Origin: an uncultured virus (IMG/VR IMGVR_UViG_3300037458_001243)
Lineage: Duplodnaviria; Heunggongvirae; Uroviricota; Caudoviricetes
Length of the DNA: 20,000 bases
IMG/VR virus record: IMGVR_UViG_3300037458_001243
Direction: 5' to 3' (one strand)
Made by a program: the position numbers and the translations under genes. Below are positions 1 to 7,983 of the stretch, one piece after another (within the stretch, counting starts at the first letter, position 1; each line of letters begins with the position of its first letter). Under the pieces are notes generated by a model. The model worked only from the letters and a program-made list of their open reading frames with translations, did no database searches and was not told where the DNA came from.

Positions 1-641
1 GTAGACACAGGAGAAGGATCAGGAAGTAAGCCAGTGGGTGGAGTAAAATTACTTGTGTATAGGGCTTCTCCTTTTACAACTCTAAAATCCTGCATATACC
101 CATCAAAGTTGGAGCCGATAAATACACCCTCACCTGTGCTAGCTCCTATAGCAAATGATCCAATGTTCTCATCTGTACCAACCTGAGTACCATTAACGAA
201 AAATTTTAAAGTGCTTCCGGTGCGTACAAAAGCTAGGTGATACCAAGTATCAAGACTAGGCTCCCATTCATAGGAAGCACCATTACTAGACCCACCATTA
301 AAAAGCTCAAAATATACACTACCACTAACCTCTGATGTAATTTTTAATCCAGATTCGGTTACTTCATTAAGTTTAAAATATATAAAAGAGCTATTAATTG
401 ACGAACATCTACGCCATAATTCTATAGTAAAATCACCCGATCCAAACTCAAAATCAGAGCTATCATCGGTATTTATGTTAGCACCACCGTTAAAATAACC
501 ACTACTTCCATTCCACTTATACTGAGCAGTGCTGATTATTGCGTCGGAAGAATAAACAGTCCTAGCATATGTTGATGAATCGGTGAATGTGGTGCTGTTA
601 TTCTCACCATTCATGTGCAACAGCAAAACAACGTCAGTCAT
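1..641 (-). CDS. LamG/concanavalin A-like jelly-roll domain virion protein (partial, runs off the left edge)
   Basis: Absent from the ORF track because there is no stop in the window. ATG at 641 overlaps the TGA of the 698-aa gene (ATGA). Manual translation gives MTDVVLLLHMNGENNSTTFTDSS...SDFEFGSGDFTIELW...TWYHLAFVRTGSTLKFFVNGTQVG...FDGYMQDFRVVKGEALYTSNFTPPTGLLPDPSPVS, which has the typical phage LamG motifs (DFTIELW, WYHLAFVR, GYMQDFRV, YTSNFTPP). Confidence 0.9.
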   Translation of the reverse strand, partial: MTDVVLLLHMNGENNSTTFTDSSTYARTVYSSDAIISTAQYKWNGSSGYFNGGANINTDDSSDFEFGSGDFTIELWRRCSSINSSFIYFKLNEVTESGLKITSEVSGSVYFELFNGGSSNGASYEWEPSLDTWYHLAFVRTGSTLKFFVNGTQVGTDENIGSFAIGASTGEGVFIGSNFDGYMQDFRVVKGEALYTSNFTPPTGLLPDPSPVS

Positions 642-2734
642 GGTAATTCCTTTGCTAATCCTATAGGGAATAGTAAAACATTGTCGCCGTCGATAGTATC
701 TACCACATCGGTATCAAAAGTTCCTATATTGCTAAGGTTTATTACTTCTCTGTCAAGAGTTTGATCTACATATACTTCATACCTTTCTGGCCAATCTATT
801 GAGATAATATAATCTTTTTTTATAGATGCTTGGATTCCGTAAGCAAACTGTCTGTTAGCCTCATAAAAGTATGGATAACTGGTTAATTCATTAGTAGTAG
901 AGGACTCTTGCTCCACGCCATCATACGGAGGGAAATATGTGCTTTCTATACTGGAATAAGAAATATCACCAGTAGTAGATACGCTTCTCTCGTAATGACT
1001 ATTACAAAGCAACTCCTCGCCACCTAAATCTAACAGTTTTATTACCCTATCGCAATTACTAACTGAAGAATACGGGTATGACTGAGTTAATGCTCCTCCT
1101 TGATAAAATGACACATTTATACTGTCTACTACATCATTAGGGTATAGCCATGCATAATAAGCAACAAAACGACTGCTATTTATATCAATATGGGCTATTC
1201 CAACTGACGGTAATGGTTTAGCGGATTCTGCTTGATCGAACGTATAATCCATAAGTAGTTGACCTGGATTAACGTATCCATATTTTTTAGCTAAAATATT
1301 TAAACTAACTGGACTTCCTTCAAGAAAGGTTATGGAAGACTCATTTATTTCCATTGATAGCGTTGCCGACCCAGATCCAGAAGCAGTATTAGTTGCAGTT
1401 GCATCATAATCAGACGAACTAACGCGGGCTGTTATATTTGTTTCTGATAACTGGGAATATGCGCCGCTACTTATATAGGTGAGCCAAGCTATAGTTTGTT
1501 CATCATCTTTATTGTAAGTAATCGCAAAAGGAATTCTTTCATACCCTGTATATGGAGATGAACTATTGGTTGTGCTAAAGGTTTGATAGGTTGGCCACGA
1601 CTCATCATATTCTGACCTATAGTAGTTTATTGTTGTTATTTTAAGTTTAACAAAGTAACTTGAGCTTTTATTTAAAATTGAACTAAAACTATCTGTTTCT
1701 TCTGTATAACTAATAACTAATTCCCAAATCTCATAAGAATAGTATTGTGTATCAGATTCGTCTTTATTAACATTTTCTATAATAGTAGAGCATCGGGTTC
1801 CATCACTGTTAAATCGCCACGGCCAGCGCATGGTTAGATATAGTCTTGTAAATACAAAATTATCTGGAACGGTAAATGAATCTATCTCCGTATATGTCCA
1901 TAAGCTTAATTCAGTATCAAATTTTAAATCATAAAGTTTCGCAGTAGTCAGACTCATAATCATTACAATCAATAGGCGAGTATCCGATACTGGATACATC
2001 CCACCAATCATAATTCCATCACGAGAATCGGTATACGGATCAAGCTCCCAAAACACCTCACCGTTACGATATATTTTTGGAATCAACACTGTCCTGTCTG
2101 TTTCAATCTGATCGAACGGTCCTTTCGGATTATTATTATAACCTAACACAGTAAGCGTAATATCCTCGCCCTCCTCTTCTATTTCATATTGGTAACAATA
2201 GGGAGTTCTTATGCAATCGTTAGCACCGCTGGCAAATCCTAAGTATTCCATAACAACAGGACCATCACCTGCCGGAGAGTGCCACCAAGACCAATAATTT
2301 CCATCTTTGAATATGGTTTGGTTTCCGTGGAGTAGAGTTAAATCTCGTAGAAATATATTTCTTCCATTTTCCTTCACGTTGTACGTAGCATTAGAACGCA
2401 AACTTTCATCAATATAATAAATATCAGGACGAACCTCTCTAGTTTCAGTTTCCTCTGAAGGGAACCACCACCCATTAGGCGCAATATCAGAATGTGGGTG
2501 AAATATAAAAACATATCCTCCCTGAATCGCCTCTATCCACACCTTACAAATCCCGGCCAGCGTTCCTCCCAGCGGGAATATGTTCTCAACTCGGATAGTG
2601 ACTCCCGATCCCATCTTATACAGTTTGCTGGCGATTTTAAGGTCGTAGCACGCCCGCGCCAGTTTCTTGGCAATACCAACCCAGGGCGTTGCCGCTCCTG
2701 GGTCGCCAAGAAACAAAACGCGAGGGTGGATCAC
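638..2734 (-). CDS. 698-aa hypothetical protein, probably virion/tail-associated (Tyr/Ser/Thr-rich, beta-rich)
   Basis: Long ORF with 4-nt overlaps to both neighbours. No recognisable catalytic motif. Lies among structural genes. Confidence 0.75.
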   Translation of the reverse strand: MIHPRVLFLGDPGAATPWVGIAKKLARACYDLKIASKLYKMGSGVTIRVENIFPLGGTLAGICKVWIEAIQGGYVFIFHPHSDIAPNGWWFPSEETETREVRPDIYYIDESLRSNATYNVKENGRNIFLRDLTLLHGNQTIFKDGNYWSWWHSPAGDGPVVMEYLGFASGANDCIRTPYCYQYEIEEEGEDITLTVLGYNNNPKGPFDQIETDRTVLIPKIYRNGEVFWELDPYTDSRDGIMIGGMYPVSDTRLLIVMIMSLTTAKLYDLKFDTELSLWTYTEIDSFTVPDNFVFTRLYLTMRWPWRFNSDGTRCSTIIENVNKDESDTQYYSYEIWELVISYTEETDSFSSILNKSSSYFVKLKITTINYYRSEYDESWPTYQTFSTTNSSSPYTGYERIPFAITYNKDDEQTIAWLTYISSGAYSQLSETNITARVSSSDYDATATNTASGSGSATLSMEINESSITFLEGSPVSLNILAKKYGYVNPGQLLMDYTFDQAESAKPLPSVGIAHIDINSSRFVAYYAWLYPNDVVDSINVSFYQGGALTQSYPYSSVSNCDRVIKLLDLGGEELLCNSHYERSVSTTGDISYSSIESTYFPPYDGVEQESSTTNELTSYPYFYEANRQFAYGIQASIKKDYIISIDWPERYEVYVDQTLDREVINLSNIGTFDTDVVDTIDGDNVLLFPIGLAKELP

Positions 2735-3501
2735 GGGAAGGTAATCGTTACGGTGTCGAAGGTCGAAACTCCACCAACGGCCACCGTAGTGTTAGAAGCA
2801 TCCAGTTCCGCGCCGGAGGTGGCAATCCGCATATCAACGCGCGGCAGCGTGGTCGAGACACCCAGATTGTCAGTCGCCGCACCCATCCACCTTACATAGC
2901 CCATAGTGCCAGCCGCGATTCCAACCATCTGCCAGGTCTGCCCGGAGTGCTTGGTAAGGGCACCAGAAGCCGCCACATTCCACATAAGGCCATTAGACAC
3001 CGCATACCCTACTTCAACCGCCGCCGCCGTAGCTGCCGAGCAGTACACTTCAGTCACGGTCTTGAAGGTGTTAGTCGTGTATACTGTGGTGTTATTCGGT
3101 CCCTGCATGTATTCAACAACCGCTTCGTCATCGTCACCAGTACCAGTAATACGGAAGATTTTGGCAGACTCGTTACCAGTTCCATAGATAGAAACATAGT
3201 ACCCGACGCCCAACGTACCTCCTGTTATCCCACCAAGCGCAATAGTACCTGCACCACTCGGAGTCGTGGACAGACAAACCCCATCCCGGTCGGTAGTTTG
3301 GTATGCCCCCCAGGCATAAGTACCGCCGCTAACGGTAATCTTACCCAGTAACGTACCCGTAGCTGCTGCATCAGCAGAGGCTGGCCGGGTGCCACTGTAG
3401 ACATAACCTACTCCGCCCTTCAATGACTTGGCAATAGCGCCATGCCCGCGAACGGAGTTCAAAGCCTGATTTTTCAAGGCGGTAGAAATATTTAAAGCCA
3501 T
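2731..3501 (-). CDS. Phage virion structural protein with an inserted ~100-aa domain
   Basis: GAGG RBS at 3510-3513. Motifs MALNISTALKN, YSGTRPASADAAATGTLL, NGL, GTMGYVR, STTLPRVD and SGAEL match, from memory, a recurrent small phage virion protein family. Gly/Thr/Ala-rich. Confidence 0.75.
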   Translation of the reverse strand: MALNISTALKNQALNSVRGHGAIAKSLKGGVGYVYSGTRPASADAAATGTLLGKITVSGGTYAWGAYQTTDRDGVCLSTTPSGAGTIALGGITGGTLGVGYYVSIYGTGNESAKIFRITGTGDDDEAVVEYMQGPNNTTVYTTNTFKTVTEVYCSAATAAAVEVGYAVSNGLMWNVAASGALTKHSGQTWQMVGIAAGTMGYVRWMGAATDNLGVSTTLPRVDMRIATSGAELDASNTTVAVGGVSTFDTVTITFP

Positions 3502-3516
3502 CGTTAATACCTCGTT

Positions 3517-3531
3517 TCGCCATCACGGCGA
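3517..3531 (-). promoter_or_regulatory. Short hairpin TCGCC-GTGAT-GGCGA immediately 5' of the RBS of the 256-aa gene
   Basis: Perfect 5-bp inverted repeat with a 5-nt loop, 3 nt upstream of GAGG, in one of the few intergenic gaps. Function is inferred only. Confidence 0.3.
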
Positions 3532-3542
3532 TCAAAAAAGAG

Positions 3543-4514
3543 TCAGGTAATTCCCTGTGGGCGTGTTGTAGAAATCGTCATGGCGTCGTAAGGTCTCGCG
3601 CTACGCTTGGTACTTACTGCACCGGTCTGTTGCACCACCGCATAGCGGCTGCCTTGGTAGGCAAGCAACGCCGCCGTTACGGTGTCACGTTCGGTAATTG
3701 CAAACTGCTTGTCGGTCAGATTTTCAAACGGTGCTGCCTTGCACAGCCCGCGTTCCGACCAGAAGAACACCACATCGCGTTCGTCGTAGACCATGCCGTT
3801 TAACGGTACGCCATAATCCGCCACCCGAGTCAGCGGACCCTCGTAAGGGTCCAGATAAATCGCTCGGTCGGTGGCGATAACGAACGCCGAGCTAGTGTCA
3901 GCCAGCAGGGTAATTCGCCCGGCAAACAACTGGTAATCACGTTCCAGCCGGAACTCGTGAGGGTATCCAGGACGACTCAAGTACAGCACGCTCCGATCCC
4001 GTTCGTCTTCCCAAGCCGCTACGGCAATCTGATCGCGGCGGACTCCCAGCAGGTTCCCAGCCGGCGGCGGGTAACTGATAGGATCGCCCACCGGATAAGG
4101 ATCGGTCGGCGCGGCAGGACATAACGATCCCCACGCAATAGCCCGGTCGGGATAGATAGCCCAGCGGGTAGTATCGCTTATCAGGAAGATAGCGTAACCC
4201 AACTCTGCCCACTGAAATGGAGCGCCCGTTATGCCGGTATGCAGCACCGACGAGACCCCCTGATCGTCGATCTGCACCAGCCGGTCGCTGGCGTCAATAG
4301 CCAGTAAACGCCCGTCCCGCGTACCGTGAACGTCCTTTAACCCAGAGCCGGCGAAAGCAGTAAGTCCCGGTCGACGGGTCAGAAAGTTGGCGTCGTCGCA
4401 CAGCACGTTGTCAGCTTGCAGTTGCCATTCCAGCCCCAGTCGAATCGGGTCTATCCGGTTGTTTAAACCCTTGAACCCGTCTACCCTGGGAAACTGGCGA
4501 GATTCCTCAGCCAT
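3543..4514 (-). CDS. Phage virion structural protein (possible head-closure/tail beta-propeller-like protein)
   Basis: 323 aa. The N-terminal GFKGLNN...QADNV...LTRRPG pattern is typical of phage virion stabilisation/tail proteins, followed by repeated short beta-strands. GC-rich coding. Confidence 0.65.
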   Translation of the reverse strand: MAEESRQFPRVDGFKGLNNRIDPIRLGLEWQLQADNVLCDDANFLTRRPGLTAFAGSGLKDVHGTRDGRLLAIDASDRLVQIDDQGVSSVLHTGITGAPFQWAELGYAIFLISDTTRWAIYPDRAIAWGSLCPAAPTDPYPVGDPISYPPPAGNLLGVRRDQIAVAAWEDERDRSVLYLSRPGYPHEFRLERDYQLFAGRITLLADTSSAFVIATDRAIYLDPYEGPLTRVADYGVPLNGMVYDERDVVFFWSERGLCKAAPFENLTDKQFAITERDTVTAALLAYQGSRYAVVQQTGAVSTKRSARPYDAMTISTTRPQGIT

Positions 4515-5466
4515 TGGCTTTCCTCAATTCATTTAACTTTTCCTCAGTCCATCCCGGCACTGGCATAAATTTCTCAACCAGCCATGACACAGGATACTTT
4601 TGTCCCTCAAATCCAGTTTCCCAAAAGAGTTTCTTTACGTTTCGTTTTGTAGTTTGGACACCGTTTAAGGCGTAAGGAAAACTAAAATCCCCGCCCTGGG
4701 TGCGAAACATGTGGGCATACCAAGTAGCGTGATTCACCAGCACTCGCCCACCGGAGAGCCAGGTCTTAGCTGCTACTTCGATTCCCTGATTGCCCCAGTT
4801 ACCAAGGGTTTCGTCGCTTAATTTAAGCCGCCAGTACGCCTCATTCGTACACATGAAGCAGCTACCCTGCAAGCTCATGGTTTCCGTGTACCCATGTTTC
4901 TCAAGCATCGCCTTAGTTTCCGGGCGGTTTTTGTATTCCTGAAAGTATTGAAAATGCGGCTCTGTATCAAAGCAATAAGACCAACTTTGTGGATTTGGCT
5001 TTCCTTGCCATATAATCTTCCGTTTCCACCTATGAGTTTTTCCACACTGCGGACATTCTTTTGGTGTCGGTCCCTGGTACTGTTTGTGCCCACATCCGTG
5101 ACACTTCCAGTCAAATGCCCACAGATTCCTCATGATCGGAACTGAGGTTACATCATCGCCGACCCTGGCGTGAAAGTCCAGCATCTTCCTATCAAAGCCC
5201 TCGTCGAACGCACAGTGCGCGTCCACCTTCATATAGTATCGCCCGGTAGCCAGCCGGGCTGCATAGTTCGTAGCCGCTCGCATCCCAACCGTGTTTCCTG
5301 TGTGGAAAACATGAACGCGAGGATGTTGTGGTATTTCTGGCTTTGCCCACTCCCCATCAAGTACCGCGATGATCTCAGTTTCAGCACGGCTGTTTTTTAA
5401 CGCATCTTCGATAGTTTGCGCCAAGAACATTTCATTGCGGCTCGGGATTAGGATAGAAAGTTCCAT
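4507..5466 (-). CDS. GT-A fold glycosyltransferase (GT2/ppGalNAc-T-like) with inserted zinc ribbon
   Basis: Likely start is MELSILIPSRNE at 5466, because the ORF-track start at 5556 overlaps the upstream gene. Motifs: SILIPSRNE, EIIAVLDG, KVDAHC (DxH), QGSCF, GNWGNQGIEVAAKTWLSGG, AHMFR, plus CHGC...CPQC. Confidence 0.9.
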   Translation of the reverse strand: MELSILIPSRNEMFLAQTIEDALKNSRAETEIIAVLDGEWAKPEIPQHPRVHVFHTGNTVGMRAATNYAARLATGRYYMKVDAHCAFDEGFDRKMLDFHARVGDDVTSVPIMRNLWAFDWKCHGCGHKQYQGPTPKECPQCGKTHRWKRKIIWQGKPNPQSWSYCFDTEPHFQYFQEYKNRPETKAMLEKHGYTETMSLQGSCFMCTNEAYWRLKLSDETLGNWGNQGIEVAAKTWLSGGRVLVNHATWYAHMFRTQGGDFSFPYALNGVQTTKRNVKKLFWETGFEGQKYPVSWLVEKFMPVPGWTEEKLNELRKANG

Positions 5467-5500
5467 ATCGCTTCGTCTATTTATTCGGTAAATGGTATGG

Positions 5501-5863
5501 TTAAGCTTCAAGAACCCATCGGCGCTTAGCTCGCGCAATAGGCTCAATTTGCTCAATCATTGCTGTGAAGCATCCACTTTGATAAAAATCTACCTTGACG
5601 CTCTGGTCATCTAACCGTTCGCAGAAAACGTGATGCCCGTTCGGATAGATGTCGTGTGGGCCATGCCCTGTACCACCTCCATCGTTGGTTGTTTTATAAA
5701 CCACATACTGCCCAGCAAAGTAAGCTAATTTTCCGCCAATTTTAATTTTTCCACGGGTGATTTTGAATGGCCCTTTGTGGTACGAGTAAATTAAATGCTC
5801 TGGCACATCTGCATAGACCTCATGGCCATCTTTCAATTCGATAATATCGCCTTCTTTAAGCAT
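5501..5863 (-). CDS. 120-aa hypothetical protein (His/Gly-rich GGGTGHGPHDIYPNGHH motif)
   Basis: ATG lies 2 nt after the methyltransferase stop. Globular composition. Fills the gap within the operon. Confidence 0.75.
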   Translation of the reverse strand: MLKEGDIIELKDGHEVYADVPEHLIYSYHKGPFKITRGKIKIGGKLAYFAGQYVVYKTTNDGGGTGHGPHDIYPNGHHVFCERLDDQSVKVDFYQSGCFTAMIEQIEPIARAKRRWVLEA

Positions 5864-5865
5864 CG

Positions 5866-6390
5866 TTATTTACCAAAATACCAAGACGGTTGACGATCAT
5901 CCCGAACTGGATTTTCTCTGTCCCATTCGGTTATGTTAAGAACATAGCCGTGTTCTTTTACGTACTCATCTACTGCCTTAATTACTCCCAATTTCCCACT
6001 CGCAGATTCGTAGTAGTCATGCCCCGAGACCATCCCGCCGGGCCTTACTTTTGGAACCCACGCCAGCAGATCATCCCTTACTGCCTCATACGAGTGGTCG
6101 GCGTCGATGAAGACGAAATCCAAAGATCCGTCTTTAACAGATTCCGCTACGTCAACGCTCTTACCACGGATAATCGTTACGTTGGGATAGCGAGAAAGCG
6201 TTTCCACGGCCAGCGGATAAGCACGTTCCCGCCAGGTCTTAATCGCCCACGAGTCGACACAGAGTAGGTTAAGATTCGGTATAGTGTCCAGTAACAGTCT
6301 GGAGTAGTACCCCACATAAACGCCGATCTCAGCGCCTTTTGTATAGCCCCGGCGGGCGAATTCTTTTGCGAGTTCTGTTCTGTTTTTCAT
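5866..6390 (-). CDS. Class I SAM-dependent methyltransferase (Methyltransf_24-like, candidate sugar O-methyltransferase)
   Basis: Motifs GAEIGVYVGYYS, LLCVDSW, LDFVFIDADHSYEAVRDD and VRPGGMVSGHDY. Likely start is MKNRTELAK at 6390 (or 6396). Confidence 0.9.
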   Translation of the reverse strand: MKNRTELAKEFARRGYTKGAEIGVYVGYYSRLLLDTIPNLNLLCVDSWAIKTWRERAYPLAVETLSRYPNVTIIRGKSVDVAESVKDGSLDFVFIDADHSYEAVRDDLLAWVPKVRPGGMVSGHDYYESASGKLGVIKAVDEYVKEHGYVLNITEWDRENPVRDDRQPSWYFGK

Positions 6391-6429
6391 GAGCATTTTG
6401 ATTGCTAAATGCAACACCCCTGATAAGGT

Positions 6430-6458
6430 ATTATAACTAAAATTAATCGGTTTTGCGA
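6430..6458 (-). promoter_or_regulatory. Candidate internal sigma70-type promoter
   Basis: Perfect TATAAT (minus strand 6435-6430) in an AT-rich ~95-bp intergenic gap. The hexamer 17 bp upstream (TCGCAA) is a poor -35 match. Confidence 0.25.
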
Positions 6459-6487
6459 CACCTATACAAGAATACTACTGGCAACAT

Positions 6488-7198
6488 CTAAGACTCAAAA
6501 CAAAAAACTTCTGTACATCGTAACTCTTGCTGAACGAGCCGCCACGGTCTATCCCACCCAGGTAAGTTCTCAATCACGTCTTCTTTCCAATTCTCTGGCT
6601 TACGAACAAAGTCATCATAATTCATCTTTGGCGCAGTCATCGACCGAGTATGCCTTATGTCGATATTTGGGTACGTAGACCTCCATTCTTCCTTTAAAGC
6701 AAACTCCCCTTCTTTATTAAACTTCCCAGGTTCATATCCCATCGACCTAGCCCAAACCGGATTACCAAAAGTAGGGATACTGGCGTAATCCCGTTCTTCG
6801 ATAATCCTTAGCCGGTTCCGATAGAATTCCCGCGCCAGTTTCCGATTCACGCACAGCCCGGACACTGAAGCGTGGTGGTCGTATGTGATTACTTTGCGGG
6901 TATAATAATCCCAGCGCCACACGTTTACGTTGTAGTAAAAAGTATCGTCTGTAAGCGGCACGAACTCAAAGTGCGACGGGTGATATAAAATGTCATGCTC
7001 GCAGAAAAACACGTAAGTTTCTTTGGCACGTTCCAAGCAGTCATAAATCTGCTTGAACATACTCAGCGCACCAATCTTATCAACCACTGTATCATTCACA
7101 GTGATTGGTAAACCTGACTTTTGTAACTGCCGCCAACAACCCTCCTTGATCTCTGGTTTTAATCGGTTTGAAGTGTAGTAGATGATGCCTACGGACAT
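6488..7198 (-). CDS. Divergent GT-A fold glycosyltransferase (EHD metal-binding motif)
   Basis: Likely start is MSVGIIYYTSN at 7198, with GGAGAGG upstream. YVFFCEHDILY is a DxD-equivalent motif, followed by SVSGL, GYEPG and NIDIRH. Embedded among other glycosyltransferases. Confidence 0.7.
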   Translation of the reverse strand: MSVGIIYYTSNRLKPEIKEGCWRQLQKSGLPITVNDTVVDKIGALSMFKQIYDCLERAKETYVFFCEHDILYHPSHFEFVPLTDDTFYYNVNVWRWDYYTRKVITYDHHASVSGLCVNRKLAREFYRNRLRIIEERDYASIPTFGNPVWARSMGYEPGKFNKEGEFALKEEWRSTYPNIDIRHTRSMTAPKMNYDDFVRKPENWKEDVIENLPGWDRPWRLVQQELRCTEVFCFES

Positions 7199-7983
7199 GA
7201 CAACCCAAACCTCTCCATCAGCCACGACAGGTCATGCTTACGCCCTTCCCAGCGATTGTTCAGCCAGTAATCCTTACTGTAGGTATTGCCACGCTTTACG
7301 TCCACCCCTCGCGGCGACACCACCCGCCCGAAGCTGCGATGTTTATGAGCATACCACGCGGCTTTATTAACCATTACCTTGCCGCCGCCGAGCCAGGTTT
7401 TCAATGAAATCTCAGTGCCTTCTTGTGTGAAGGGTCCGTAATTCACCTCATCCAACGGACTAATCCGTTTCCAGTGATCCCTGTGCAGCAAGTAAAACGA
7501 TCCCTGAATCACCATCGTCTCATCAAGCAAAACGTCGGCTCGTTCCTTGCGCCGCGAGCGCCATGTCGCACCACCAATCTTATCAGGGTTGTCGATTACT
7601 AACCGCTCGTAGTCAATAGGCGTAGGATCGCCCTCGTAAATGCACCACTTCACTGGATCAAGTTGATAGCGACGTGGGACTACAACCCAATCCTTTTGTG
7701 CCGATTCCAGTAATACCTCATCCCAACCATCCGACAATATACAGTGATCGTCGATCTTTACGAGCCATTCACCTGAAGCCAGCGACATACCCTTATTGAC
7801 ATTACCACGTAAACCAAGCCGGGTTTCATTCTTAACCACTCGAACGCCGGGAATGTCCACGTCTACAGCATCAGCCATAACAATAACTTCTGGCTTATTT
7901 CTGGTTTTTTCTAAAACTTCCTGCACCGTATTAACCAGTGCAGGATCGTTTACCGTAGGAATAATTACGCTGAGCCAAACCAT
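7189..7983 (-). CDS. GT-A fold glycosyltransferase (GT2/ppGalNAc-T-like)
   Basis: Motifs LSVIIPTVND, VRVVKNETRLGL, KIDDHC (DxH), GWDEVLL, QGSFY, EISLKTWLGGG and AHKHR. Confidence 0.9.
   Translation of the reverse strand: MVWLSVIIPTVNDPALVNTVQEVLEKTRNKPEVIVMADAVDVDIPGVRVVKNETRLGLRGNVNKGMSLASGEWLVKIDDHCILSDGWDEVLLESAQKDWVVVPRRYQLDPVKWCIYEGDPTPIDYERLVIDNPDKIGGATWRSRRKERADVLLDETMVIQGSFYLLHRDHWKRISPLDEVNYGPFTQEGTEISLKTWLGGGKVMVNKAAWYAHKHRSFGRVVSPRGVDVKRGNTYSKDYWLNNRWEGRKHDLSWLMERFGLSCP

Noticed and set aside
2492..3351. Plus-strand ORFs of 135, 220 and 93 aa, and other short plus-strand ORFs across the window
   Set aside because: They lie antisense to convincing minus-strand genes, have atypical composition and show no recognisable motifs.
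3517..3540. Rho-independent terminator
   Set aside because: The stem is only 5 bp and the T-run is on the wrong side for the minus-strand transcript.
5467..5556. ORF-track N-terminal extension of the 349-aa glycosyltransferase
   Set aside because: It overlaps the upstream gene by 56 nt, and the paralogues begin right at the SI/VxIP strand, matching Met at 5466.
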